Shown piece by piece: positions 16,390-25,452 of a DNA stretch of 64,000 bases. Below the pieces are notes generated by a model that was not told the origin of the DNA, did no database searches, and worked only from the letters and a program-made list of their open reading frames with translations. Numbering within the stretch: the stretch's first letter is position 1; each line of letters opens with the position of its first letter. The translations under genes and the position numbers were made by a program. Source of the DNA: Methanomassiliicoccus sp. (GTDB lineage Archaea > Thermoplasmatota > Thermoplasmata > Methanomassiliicoccales > Methanomassiliicoccaceae); NCBI GenBank assembly GCA_033485155.1, contig JAWQJJ010000010.1, forward strand, positions 6,479-70,478, written 5' to 3'.

Positions 16390-16880
16390 TGAAGATCATT
16401 CCCCTCTCCGACGAGGACCGGGTCCCCGTCCGTATGCTCGAGCTCGCGTGCATCCGCGAGTACATAGAGGGGCCGATGAAGCGCAGCTGGGAAGAATTCG
16501 ACCAGGAGACCAGGCAAAAGTTGGGAGCCTCCGCCAGCGGCTCATTCGGCTACTATCGAGACTCCAAGCTCAGCTTCGTGGCCAAGGAAGGGGACAAAGT
16601 CGTGGGCTTCGTGTTCGCCCAGATGGTCTCCTGGATCGACGGCATCGAGAATGCTGTGTGGCTGGAGAACATCGGCGTGGACGTCGAGTTCCGAAGGATG
16701 GGCGTCGGCTACATGCTCCTCAAGCGCCTGGCGCAGGAGGGTCAGAAGCTGGGGGCCCAGGTCGTGCATTCGTCCATCGCTCCTGACAATATCAGTTCCC
16801 TGCTCCTTCACAAGAAACTGGGGTTCATGGCCGAGGACCGCAAGATCGCCTATCTGGACCTCAGCAAGCTCATCGCCTAA
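16389..16880 (+). CDS. GNAT-family N-acetyltransferase
   Basis: IGVDVEFRRMGVGYMLLKRLAQEGQKLGA is an acetyl-CoA-binding motif A. The start overlaps the argS stop (TAATG). Confidence 0.8.
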   Translation: MKIIPLSDEDRVPVRMLELACIREYIEGPMKRSWEEFDQETRQKLGASASGSFGYYRDSKLSFVAKEGDKVVGFVFAQMVSWIDGIENAVWLENIGVDVEFRRMGVGYMLLKRLAQEGQKLGAQVVHSSIAPDNISSLLLHKKLGFMAEDRKIAYLDLSKLIA

Positions 16881-16889
16881 TGGTCGTCC

Positions 16890-17363
16890 TCATGCCTCCA
16901 TCTTGGCCGACATCTTTTCCGCGACCGCCGTCTTGACGGCATCCATCTGATCCTTGGAAAACTCGCAGTTGTACTTTCCGTCGGGCACCTGGAGCGACAT
17001 CTTTCCTATGCCAGTCAGTCCCTTCTTGAGGGTCACCGTCTGAACGTCCAGGTACGGGAGGTAGAAGCTCTTATCGTTCCTCTCCAGGATCTGCTTGGCG
17101 GTGAGGCCTTGGTACTCGGCCCTACCATTCTGCTTGTCCTTGTCCATCGATGCCCGGGCAGCCAGCGCCCCCACCGCCCCGAACTGCGCTCCGACCGAGG
17201 CTTTCAGTGTGCTCTTGAGCGAGCCGGCGGTGCAGGCGAAGAGGACGCCGTTGTCCATGAAGAACACATCATAGTCCCTGACCGCTCCGGCCATGCCCTT
17301 CTGGGCCCTGATGTTCATTACCACATGCCGTATCTGTTCACTGTCTCCAGGTCCCGCCACCAT
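16890..17363 (-). CDS. hypothetical protein
   Basis: 157-aa ORF with protein-like composition, filling the gap between neighbours. No motif recognised. Confidence 0.45.
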   Translation of the reverse strand: MVAGPGDSEQIRHVVMNIRAQKGMAGAVRDYDVFFMDNGVLFACTAGSLKSTLKASVGAQFGAVGALAARASMDKDKQNGRAEYQGLTAKQILERNDKSFYLPYLDVQTVTLKKGLTGIGKMSLQVPDGKYNCEFSKDQMDAVKTAVAEKMSAKMEA

Positions 17364-17422
17364 GATCGGGGCGCATGCGAAAATCCGATAAAAATGTGGC
17401 TGTCACATTACTGATAACGAGG

Positions 17423-18253
17423 TCAATGCAGGAAGGTGTGCTGGGCGGAGCCGTATCGCGTCCTTGCCAGTTCTTCGGCTAAGTGACGCTCCCCCTCCGC
17501 CAGCGGCCCCCGGACGAAACGGACGCCGAGGGCGGCGGAGAAGCCCTCGGCCATCATTCCCCTCAGTTCATCCATCCCCGGCACCTCCGAGAGTTCTTCG
17601 GCCAGGGAGGTCATCTCACCGGGGGACCGCTTGTTCCAGCGCAGCACCTCGAACATGCGCCGGTAATCAGTCCGCACCAGTAGCGTGCCGTGCTGTACCA
17701 CCGCCCCGTGTCGACGGACCTGGGCGCTGCCGGATATCTTCCTTCCCCGGACCTGGACGTCGTTCACCGGTTTGAACTCCGCTTTCAGCCCCATTGCCCC
17801 GAGGGCCTCGATCACTCCCCCGCACAGCAGCCGGAAGGTCTCCAAAGGGCTTTCCGGAACCGAGCGCCGATCAACTGCCACAGTGTAGATAAGTTGCTCC
17901 GAGTCGGTGTAGATGGCGCTTCCCCCGCTCAGCCTGCGGACCAGGGCAACGCCGTGGCGTTGGGCGGCCTGGATATCGACGCACTCTCTCACCTTCTCGA
18001 AGTGGCCCAGGGAGACTGTAGGAGCGGACCGGCGGTACAGGTGCAGGGTGTCCGGCACCTCTCCGCTGCTGCGGGCCATCAACATGGCCTCATCGATCGC
18101 CGCGGACATCGCCGGGTCGAGATCGGAGCACACCAGACGCCACGGCTTATCGTCGAGGGGCCTCAGGTCACGATCTCCTTCAGCCTGTCCTCCTCTAGCG
18201 CCCGCCGCACCTCCATCGCCAGCCGGCGCCCGGTGGACATGTTCTTGCGCCAC
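17423..18253 (-). CDS. lplA: lipoate-protein ligase (LplA/LipB/BirA-type catalytic domain)
   Basis: LHLYRRSAPTVSLGHF, LVRRLSGGSAIYTD, GRKISGSAQVRRHGAVVQHGTLL. The longest ORF overlaps purP by 91 nt. The only canonical in-frame start after the purP stop is GTG at 18133, which is probably the true start. Confidence 0.8.
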   Translation of the reverse strand: MAQEHVHRAPAGDGGAAGARGGQAEGDRDLRPLDDKPWRLVCSDLDPAMSAAIDEAMLMARSSGEVPDTLHLYRRSAPTVSLGHFEKVRECVDIQAAQRHGVALVRRLSGGSAIYTDSEQLIYTVAVDRRSVPESPLETFRLLCGGVIEALGAMGLKAEFKPVNDVQVRGRKISGSAQVRRHGAVVQHGTLLVRTDYRRMFEVLRWNKRSPGEMTSLAEELSEVPGMDELRGMMAEGFSAALGVRFVRGPLAEGERHLAEELARTRYGSAQHTFLH

Positions 18254-19320
18254 AGCGAGTTGCCGTAGGCGTGCCCCACGTTCATGTGCACGTTCGTCCC
18301 CCCACCGATGCGGGGCGCCACGTCGTAGATATGGAACTTGAGGTCCTTATCCACGCAGGTCTGCAGGCAGAAGGGCCCAATAATCCCGGGGGCATAGTGC
18401 TCCCTGGCCGCCTCGACGTACTTCTCGGCGAGCTTGAACGCGTTCTCCAGAAGGGATTCGCGCAGCGTCGCCGAGTTGTGGCCGCACACAGTGTACTCCG
18501 GCACTTTCTGTTCCTCGTTCAAGGTGAGCTGCTGGGTAGCCGGGATGCGCACGTGGCCGTCGAGGGAACTCTCGAATCTCCAATCCACCCCGATGAGTTC
18601 GACCCTCTCCCCCTGGCGCTCCAGGGGGGAGTAGAAGAAGTCCAGGTTGAACACTGGCCCGATGATGTACTCTTCCATACGAGCGCCGTCGAGGCACTCC
18701 CGATCGATCACGCCCTGCCGGATGAGCTGCTCCGATTTCTCCTTGTACTCGTGGTACGACGCGCAGGTGAAGAAACCCCTCTCCAACTTCTTCTGGGCAT
18801 GGTGGAGCTTGACGATGGTGAGGGAATTAATGTCCTTGGGGTCGGTGATCTTGCGGGGGTACGGCATTCCGGCCTTGTCCAACAGCCAATAGTAATCCCG
18901 TGGACCTCCGCGATCCTCGCTCCGGAGCAGGTTGCGCGAGCCAACCAGCGGGACCTTGAACTCGTCCTCCACCGAGTCGATGGAGCAATAGGAGGTGAAC
19001 GAACGGTTGGGGACAAATAACACATTCCGCTTCCTGAGGTCTGCCATGACCTCCGGCTTGAGGATATCTCTGAACCTGGGGAGCAGCATAACCTCATCGA
19101 CCATGCCCCGGTATACCTTGCCCCTGGCATCCCGGAAGGCCTTGAAGTACTTCGAGTAGGGGGTATCCCTCCCATCCTGACAAACAGCCAGGGTCCTAAA
19201 CCCCTCCTCCACCGCCCCATCGCAGGTATCCAGCGCGGAATGGGAACCGATCACCCCGATCTTGGCGTCGTTCGGGTCATAATTCTCAAGAAGCTCGAAT
19301 ATGGCATCGCGGTCAATCAT
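18163..19320 (-). CDS. purP: 5-formaminoimidazole-4-carboxamide ribonucleotide (FAICAR) synthetase, archaeal PurP
   Basis: IGVIGSHSALDTCDGAVEEGFRTLAVC N-terminus plus an ATP-grasp C-terminal half, about 385 aa, as in the archaeal PurP family. Confidence 0.8.
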   Translation of the reverse strand: MIDRDAIFELLENYDPNDAKIGVIGSHSALDTCDGAVEEGFRTLAVCQDGRDTPYSKYFKAFRDARGKVYRGMVDEVMLLPRFRDILKPEVMADLRKRNVLFVPNRSFTSYCSIDSVEDEFKVPLVGSRNLLRSEDRGGPRDYYWLLDKAGMPYPRKITDPKDINSLTIVKLHHAQKKLERGFFTCASYHEYKEKSEQLIRQGVIDRECLDGARMEEYIIGPVFNLDFFYSPLERQGERVELIGVDWRFESSLDGHVRIPATQQLTLNEEQKVPEYTVCGHNSATLRESLLENAFKLAEKYVEAAREHYAPGIIGPFCLQTCVDKDLKFHIYDVAPRIGGGTNVHMNVGHAYGNSLWRKNMSTGRRLAMEVRRALEEDRLKEIVT

Positions 19321-19399
19321 GTCCTACCACCTGCTAACCGGAACGGGGTGGAGGGTATAAGCTTGTCGAGCGGCCCCGACTCGCCCCGGTGGACCGCGG

Positions 19400-20617
19400 T
19401 CATGCGAGGCCGAACACGATGATGAAGACCATCAGGGCGATCGATCCCACCATGTCGATGGCCGACGAGGTCAAGGGTATGGAGTGATCGTCGGGATCGA
19501 GGGACATGCGGTAGGTGGCCACCGAGACATAGTAGGAGAGGAAGTTGAGGACGGTGACGGTCACCAGACCAGCGGTGAGGGACAACAGCACCAGCTCCCA
19601 TAGGGGGGGCGCACTCAGGTGCAGGACCAGAGCCACGGCATAGGTCGATATCCCCACCAGGGTGAAGACCCACAGCGAGAAGAGGTAGATGATGGCGAAG
19701 TTCTCGAAGGCCACCTTGCCAGGGACCTTCTTCGGCTCCAATATGCCCATGTGCAGAAGGGAGGCAAACCTCGATGTGAGTATGCCCCCCAGCGCGTTGG
19801 CGTCCTCGAGGAACGGGGGAATGAGCACCAGCAGCGCGGGCAGCGCCACCAGGCTCGAGAGCTGATCATCGATGGTGACGCCGGCGGCGATGTCTAAGAG
19901 GATGCAGAGGATAAGCACCGGGGAGCTCTGGACGAAGATGCGGCGTGCCTCGCCATGGCCGTTGGACAGGGCGCGGTAGGCCAGGACCGCGGTGATGACG
20001 ATGAAGAGGAAGGCAAAGACCTCGATCGCCCAGTCCGGGGAACCGAGCACAATAATGGCGGCCAGGAAGAGCATGGGAAGGGTGACGATATCTCCGGCGG
20101 CTGTAATTACTGGGGCAGAGATGTTGTCGATGTCCCAGTTGCGCTTGAATCCAAGATAGGCGACCAGGATGTTGATGAATATGAGAACGATGCCGGCAAG
20201 CGTGCCGCCGAGGACGGAGATGAAGACCAGCATCTCGATCCGGATGTCCCGGGATCCCAGGGCGGTGGCGATGATGGTGGCCAGGATGCCCATGAGAACC
20301 GACATGACCAGGGTCAGGAGGAGCGAAGACTCCATGTTCGACCGCAGCAAGCTGTCCTTCTTGAAGGACATCTCGAAGGTACCGATGTGCATCGCCGTGC
20401 CCAGCCGGCTACCCAAGGCCCCGAACACGTTGCCACGCATGCCGATGGCCGGGGTGATGAGGATCATCAGCCCCGGGAGGGCCTCCAGAGCATTGGTCAT
20501 CGAGCCCAAGGTGGCGCCGGCCAGAAGGTCTCCGAGCGAGGAGATCATCAGGGCCACCAGGCCGAGGGTGAACACCGATCTGTTGCGCGAGAAGAACGAC
20601 CACACCCCCTTCAGCAA
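19400..20617 (-). CDS. MgtE/SLC41-like divalent cation transporter (tandem membrane domains)
   Basis: Two repeats of the MgtE-type membrane domain (GDLLAGATLGSM...PGLMILITPAIGMRGNVFGALGSRLGT; second copy ...IPPFLEDANALGGILTSRFAS). Confidence 0.75.
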   Translation of the reverse strand: MLKGVWSFFSRNRSVFTLGLVALMISSLGDLLAGATLGSMTNALEALPGLMILITPAIGMRGNVFGALGSRLGTAMHIGTFEMSFKKDSLLRSNMESSLLLTLVMSVLMGILATIIATALGSRDIRIEMLVFISVLGGTLAGIVLIFINILVAYLGFKRNWDIDNISAPVITAAGDIVTLPMLFLAAIIVLGSPDWAIEVFAFLFIVITAVLAYRALSNGHGEARRIFVQSSPVLILCILLDIAAGVTIDDQLSSLVALPALLVLIPPFLEDANALGGILTSRFASLLHMGILEPKKVPGKVAFENFAIIYLFSLWVFTLVGISTYAVALVLHLSAPPLWELVLLSLTAGLVTVTVLNFLSYYVSVATYRMSLDPDDHSIPLTSSAIDMVGSIALMVFIIVFGLA

Positions 20618-20652
20618 TCAGCACACCCCATTTTCACGGAAACCGCTAATTC

Positions 20653-20715
20653 ATATATCAATGTCCTCAGGCCGGCTCGGGAAGGCGGGAGTCCACGGCC
20701 CGACAATTGATATAT
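20653..20715. promoter_or_regulatory. pair of inverted AT-rich boxes (atatatcaat / attgatatat) in a divergent intergenic region
   Basis: A perfect 10-nt inverted repeat (20653-20662 and 20706-20715) flanks a G+C-rich 43-nt core. Each arm is TATA-like and faces one of the divergent genes. Confidence 0.4.
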
Positions 20716-20861
20716 ATCTCAATCGGGTTTAAGGATGGCACGAGCGCGAGTAGCTAGTGCCGGCCTGGTGGACACCATTGAACCTTAGCGAGGACCGCGA
20801 GATCGCATTTCTTATCAGCTTCCGCCATCGAGCCCCGGTTCCGGGGAGGGTGCATTAAGCG

Positions 20862-21488
20862 ATGGTGTACTACGAGGATAACGATGAGGAGAAAGAGAAC
20901 CTCACCGTAAGAGAGCTGTTGACCGAGATCAAGGACATATCCGAGGTCATCGTGGATCTGGCCTACGCAGCGTTGCTGTTCGACAGTCAGGAGATCGGGG
21001 CGGAAGTCCATCACCTGGGCGCCAGGATGGATACCCTCAATCACGAGATCAAGATACGCATGATGTTGGCCTCCCGGACCAAGCAGGACGCCGTCCAACT
21101 GTCCGGCTTGTTGCAGGTCGCCGAGGCCGCGGCGTCCATATCCAGCGCCGCGGGTGACATCGTCCAGCTCCTGGAGCTCAATCCCAAGGGCAGCCCCATC
21201 GTCAGCCTCGTGCTCAAGGAAGCGGAGGAGAAGATCCGCATAATCACCCTTTCAGAGAAGTCGGACATGAAGGGTCAGAGCCTCGAGGAGCTGAGCGTAG
21301 AGACGGAGACCGGGATGAGGGTCATCGCCATCAAGCGTGGCATCCGGTGGATCTACGACCCGGAGGAGACCGAACGTCTGAAGGAGGGCGATGTGCTCGT
21401 CGTCCGCGGGACGGAGGACGGTTTCGAGCGATTGCGCCGATTCACCACCGGGCTTGAGAAGTGGCCAGTGTATCCGGAGGAAGAATAA
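20862..21488 (+). CDS. PhoU-like + TrkA-C (RCK_C) domain regulatory protein
   Basis: N-terminal PhoU-like helices (ELLTEIKDISEVIVDLAYAALLF) and a C-terminal TrkA-C pattern (GQSLEELSVETETGMRVIAIKRGIRWIYDPEETERLKEGDVLVVRG). Confidence 0.7.
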   Translation: MVYYEDNDEEKENLTVRELLTEIKDISEVIVDLAYAALLFDSQEIGAEVHHLGARMDTLNHEIKIRMMLASRTKQDAVQLSGLLQVAEAAASISSAAGDIVQLLELNPKGSPIVSLVLKEAEEKIRIITLSEKSDMKGQSLEELSVETETGMRVIAIKRGIRWIYDPEETERLKEGDVLVVRGTEDGFERLRRFTTGLEKWPVYPEEE

Positions 21489-22081
21489 TGGGCCCGCTGG
21501 AGGAGATGCTGCTGGAGATCAAGGACACCTCCGAGCTCATGGTGGACCTCGCGTACTCGTCGCTGCTCTACAACAACCGGGACATCGCCGAGGAGGTCTT
21601 CCAGCTCGATTCCCGCATGCGGGAGCTGGAGGATGATATCCAGGAGATGGCGGTGCAGAAGGCTACGGAGGACAAGGACATCAAGAAGGCCCTGCTGATC
21701 ATCCGTCTCGCCCAGTCGGTGGGGGAGATATCCACCGCCGCCCTCAAGATCGCCGACGTGGTCCGCCGCGACGTGCCTCCGCACCCGGTGATCCAGCTGG
21801 CGCTGCGAGAGACGGATGTCATCATCACCGCGGTGACTGTGGGAGAGGATTCCGATCTGGATGGGGCGACCCTGGGTAAGGTCAGGCTGGCCACCAACAC
21901 CGGGATGTACGTTATCGCCATCCGCCGGGGGAGACGCTACATTTACGGCCCGGACCAGACGACCACCATGATGGGCGGTGACACTCTGTACGCACGAGGG
22001 CCCGAAGATGGCGAGCAGTACCTTAGGGACCTGGCCTCGGGCAAAGAACACCTCGACCCCAAGGATCTCAAGCGGCCTTGA
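21488..22081 (+). CDS. PhoU-like + TrkA-C (RCK_C) domain regulatory protein (paralogue)
   Basis: Same architecture (EMLLEIKDTSELMVDLAYSSLLY; GATLGKVRLATNTGMYVIAIRRGRRYIYGPDQTTTMMGGDTLYARG). TAATG overlap with the upstream paralogue. Confidence 0.7.
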   Translation: MGPLEEMLLEIKDTSELMVDLAYSSLLYNNRDIAEEVFQLDSRMRELEDDIQEMAVQKATEDKDIKKALLIIRLAQSVGEISTAALKIADVVRRDVPPHPVIQLALRETDVIITAVTVGEDSDLDGATLGKVRLATNTGMYVIAIRRGRRYIYGPDQTTTMMGGDTLYARGPEDGEQYLRDLASGKEHLDPKDLKRP

Positions 22082-22138
22082 ATGGTGGCATGGTCCTTTG
22101 TTGAGGGCGCCAGAAGACATGTGAGAATAATGAAAGAA

Positions 22139-22214
22139 TGGTAGCCCCGGGCAGATTCGAACTGCCGTCGCAAGATCCAGAGTCTCGCATGATTGACCGC
22201 TACACTACGGGGCT
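22139..22214 (-). tRNA. tRNA-Gln (anticodon CUG), CCA encoded
   Basis: Hand-folded cloverleaf: acceptor AGCCCCG/CGGGGCU, anticodon arm CGAGA-CUCUGGA-UCUUG, T arm GGCAG-UUCGAAU-CUGCC, 3' ACCA. Confidence 0.88.
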
Positions 22215-22406
22215 ATGGTTGTGGCCTGGAAACTGCTCATATGGTTTAAATGTATCGTTTGAGCTTCGTTGCAGAGGTCACTTGAGGGCTGTTCGGAATT
22301 TGAAGAGGATGATCGCGTGCGAGGCCCCGCCTAGATTTGCCGCCCATCAAGACAGCTGGTCGAGATGTGGGCAGAGAGGGTATTGCCGATGGAGACTGTA
22401 ACAAGA

Positions 22407-23441
22407 ATGAAGGTGCTACTATGTCCCGCCGCTTCTGGCCCTCATCTTAGCCTCCTAAAAAAATATTTGGAGATGGAAGGGGCAGAGGTACGGTACATTT
22501 CTTGGTTCGGCCGTCAGACCGTATGGAGCCTCGCTCAGCTATTTGTGCGCCGTCTCCAGGGATACAAGGTGATGAACCTGAACTGGCTGCCTTTCAATAA
22601 CCTCATGGAGATGAGGATGGCACGGTGGGCATGTCATCTGCTGGGCATTCGGGTGATATGGACGGTACATAACCTATCTCCTCATTCTGTGCAGTTCGGA
22701 AGCCGAGAAGCGGACCAGCTAGCCATGTGCAATCTTCGGGACTGGGCTGACCGTGGAGTTGTCCATTCCGAACGGACGAGAGCTGAATTCCAGAGCCAAT
22801 ATGGCAATATGCTGCCAATGGACGTCATTCCTCTGGCCAATTACCTTGACATCATTGTCAAAGCCGACCCTGACCAATCCCGAAAAAAGCTCCTCTTGCC
22901 ATCGGACAAGGTCGTTGTCTTGATGATCGGGCCCAACCGGTGGAATAAAGGTATTCGCTCATACCTTCGGGTCGTCTCATCCCTTCCCGACAACTATCTG
23001 GGAGTCTTAGCTGGAGGCTGTAAGGATCCAGAGATAGCCGATCTGATCAGGCGCTTCGAGAGCGAGCACCCTGGTCGTTTCCGTGCCATACTCAGGCGGC
23101 TCGACGACAACGAGATCGCCGAGTACTATGCGGCTAGCGACATTTTCTTCATGCCGTTCGAGGACATCACCACATCGGGCAGCATAATGGAGGCTATCAG
23201 CCAAGGGAAGGCGGTTGTATCCACCGACAGAGGAAATATGTCCATGTTGGTAAGGAACGGCGTGAATGGTTACCTGGCCGAAACCGAGGATGAAATGAAA
23301 GAATGGCTCCTGTCAATCGATCGTGACACCGCCAGGTCGATGGGTGAACGAAGCCTCGAGATTGCCAAGAGCTTTCCTTGGAATGATAGCGCCCGCCATT
23401 ATATGGCCATATTCGAACAGATGTTGGTAAGGCAATCCTGA
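22407..23441 (+). CDS. glycosyltransferase, GT-B fold (GT1/GT4-like)
   Basis: C-terminal sugar-donor motif DIFFMPFEDITTSGSIMEAISQGKAVVSTDRGNMSMLVRNGVNGYLAE. Visibly lower G+C than neighbours. Confidence 0.7.
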   Translation: MKVLLCPAASGPHLSLLKKYLEMEGAEVRYISWFGRQTVWSLAQLFVRRLQGYKVMNLNWLPFNNLMEMRMARWACHLLGIRVIWTVHNLSPHSVQFGSREADQLAMCNLRDWADRGVVHSERTRAEFQSQYGNMLPMDVIPLANYLDIIVKADPDQSRKKLLLPSDKVVVLMIGPNRWNKGIRSYLRVVSSLPDNYLGVLAGGCKDPEIADLIRRFESEHPGRFRAILRRLDDNEIAEYYAASDIFFMPFEDITTSGSIMEAISQGKAVVSTDRGNMSMLVRNGVNGYLAETEDEMKEWLLSIDRDTARSMGERSLEIAKSFPWNDSARHYMAIFEQMLVRQS

Positions 23442-23643
23442 GCACCATGCACCGACGCAACCCGGCAAACCCTCGTTCATCTGAACGGCCTTAGGAATGA
23501 TACTGTTGTAAAACTGGACTGACACGCTTTCGATGTATTGCCGGTCAAAAGGCGGATTGGTGGACAATTTGTCAGCAGAGAAACGCTCTTGCAGTGGAAG
23601 GATAAGCATTGAACACGGGCCGGGTATCCCCGGCCCGCTCAAC

Positions 23644-24282
23644 TTAATGTTTGAATGCCTTAATGGCCTTGAGGGTTCTTTCGAACACCTCGTCGATCTC
23701 GCCCTGCCCCTCCACATTGATGAGTATACCGCGTTCCTGGTAGAACTTGGCCAGCGGCAGAGTGCGCTCCTTGTACACCCTTAGCCTTTCCCTAACCACA
23801 GCCTCGGTGTCATCGGTTCTCTGGTACAGCTCTCCACCACACTTATCACACACGCCCTTGACCTTGGTGGGCTTGGCCACTAGGTGGTAAACCTCGTTGC
23901 ACTGTTTGCAGCTGCGGCGGTTGACGATGCGGTCCACGATGATCTGCTCATCCACGTCCAAGTTGACCGCCAAGGTGATCTTGGCGATGGTATCCAGCAT
24001 CTTGGCCTGTTCCAGGTTGCGGGGAAAGCCATCGAGGAGGAAGCCGCCCTTCAGGTCGGCCACCTTCTCCCTGATGAGGCCGATGACCAACTCGTCCGGC
24101 ACGAGCTTGCCGGCGTCCATGAACCCCTTGGCCTTCACGCCCAAGGGAGTATTGTTCCTTACCGCCTCGCGGAGCAGGTCCCCCGTCGAGATCAGAGTGA
24201 GCCCGAGCTCCTGGCAGAGCCTCTTGGCCTGGGTGCCTTTTCCCGATCCGGGAGCTCCAAGAAGAACGATCTTAGCATCCAT
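23644..24282 (-). CDS. adk: adenylate kinase (long form with Cys4 lid)
   Basis: P-loop LLGAPGSGKGTQ, GFLLDGFPR, lid CKQC...CDKCGGELYQRTDD. Confidence 0.9.
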   Translation of the reverse strand: MDAKIVLLGAPGSGKGTQAKRLCQELGLTLISTGDLLREAVRNNTPLGVKAKGFMDAGKLVPDELVIGLIREKVADLKGGFLLDGFPRNLEQAKMLDTIAKITLAVNLDVDEQIIVDRIVNRRSCKQCNEVYHLVAKPTKVKGVCDKCGGELYQRTDDTEAVVRERLRVYKERTLPLAKFYQERGILINVEGQGEIDEVFERTLKAIKAFKH

Positions 24283-24372
24283 GGGAGGTCGTATCCTCTG
24301 CTGCCTTAAGGCATTTTTGACATCCGGCAACGGTTAATTACCACTCGGGCTCATCGGGAGTTCGGGACAACG

Positions 24373-24909
24373 ATGCTGAAGGGAGAGCGGATCGGGCTCC
24401 GGCCGATGCAGAACGAGGACGTCTGGCACCTGTACCGGTGGTTCAACGACCAGCGGGTCCTGGAGGGTTTAGGACAGACACATGGGCTGTTCTGCATCTC
24501 GGTCGAGGAAGAGCGGGTGGCAGTTGAGAAGATGCTGACCTCGCCCACCAATCGTGACTTCATAGTCGTCGACCTGGAGGTCGATAAAGTCATCGGTTGG
24601 GCAGGCCTCTCTGACATTGATCTCCGCAACGCCAGCGCCCGGTTCGAGATTGTCATCGGGGAGCCGTCGGAGTGGGACCGGGGCAAGGGCACTGAGGCCA
24701 CCCGGATGATGAGAGACCATGCATTCGAGGTCATGAACCTGCACCGCGTGCACCTTCGAGTCCCCTGCCGCAACGCCAGGGCGGTCACTTGCTTCATGGC
24801 TAGCGGTTTCGTTATCGAGGGCACCCTCAGGGACGATCACTTCCACAATGGCCGGTTCGTCCCATCTTATGCTATGGGCACCCTCAGGGACGAAGGGGGC
24901 CGATACTGA
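24373..24909 (+). CDS. GNAT-family N-acetyltransferase (RimJ/RimL-like)
   Basis: LRPMQNEDVWHLYRWFND..., IGEPSEWDRGKGTEATRMMRDHAFEVMNLHRVHLRV. Confidence 0.75.
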   Translation: MLKGERIGLRPMQNEDVWHLYRWFNDQRVLEGLGQTHGLFCISVEEERVAVEKMLTSPTNRDFIVVDLEVDKVIGWAGLSDIDLRNASARFEIVIGEPSEWDRGKGTEATRMMRDHAFEVMNLHRVHLRVPCRNARAVTCFMASGFVIEGTLRDDHFHNGRFVPSYAMGTLRDEGGRY

Positions 24910-25448
24910 TGCTAGACGGAGATCTTGTCCGGCTGAGGGCGATCGAGCAGGGCGACCTGCCGACCTTCGTCAAGTGGATCAACGATCCCGAGGTAACGGA
25001 GTACCTCCAGTTCGAGCCCCCCATGTCCCTGGAGGATGAGGTGACGTGGTACCATCACATGATCAGGAGCAAGGACCGAGCCTTCGCCATCGAGACCCTG
25101 GACGGCCGCCTCATTGGCAACATCGGCCTCATCGGCTTGGACTGGAGGAACCGCAGGACTGATCTGGGGATCATGATCGGGGAGAAGGATGCCTGGTCCC
25201 GGGGCTACGGAACCGACGCAATCACCGTCATGCTCCGCTACCTGTTCGGAGAGTTCGGTCTCAACCGAGTGGGACTGTACGTCGACGTCGGCAACCAGAG
25301 GGCCATCCGATGCTATGAGAAGTGCGGCTTCCAGCGCGAGGGCGTGGTGCGTGCCCATCGGTTCAAGGACGGCCGGTATGTCGACAGCGCCCTCATGTCC
25401 GTCCTCAGCGTGGATTGGATGCTTAGAGAAAGGGAACAAGCAAGGTAA
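24909..25448 (+). CDS. GNAT-family N-acetyltransferase (RimJ/RimL-like), tandem paralogue
   Basis: LRAIEQGDLPTFVKWINDPEV..., IGEKDAWSRGYGTDAITVMLRYLFGEFGLNRVGLYV. 1-nt overlap with the upstream paralogue. Confidence 0.75.
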   Translation: MLDGDLVRLRAIEQGDLPTFVKWINDPEVTEYLQFEPPMSLEDEVTWYHHMIRSKDRAFAIETLDGRLIGNIGLIGLDWRNRRTDLGIMIGEKDAWSRGYGTDAITVMLRYLFGEFGLNRVGLYVDVGNQRAIRCYEKCGFQREGVVRAHRFKDGRYVDSALMSVLSVDWMLREREQAR

Positions 25449-25452
25449 ACGG

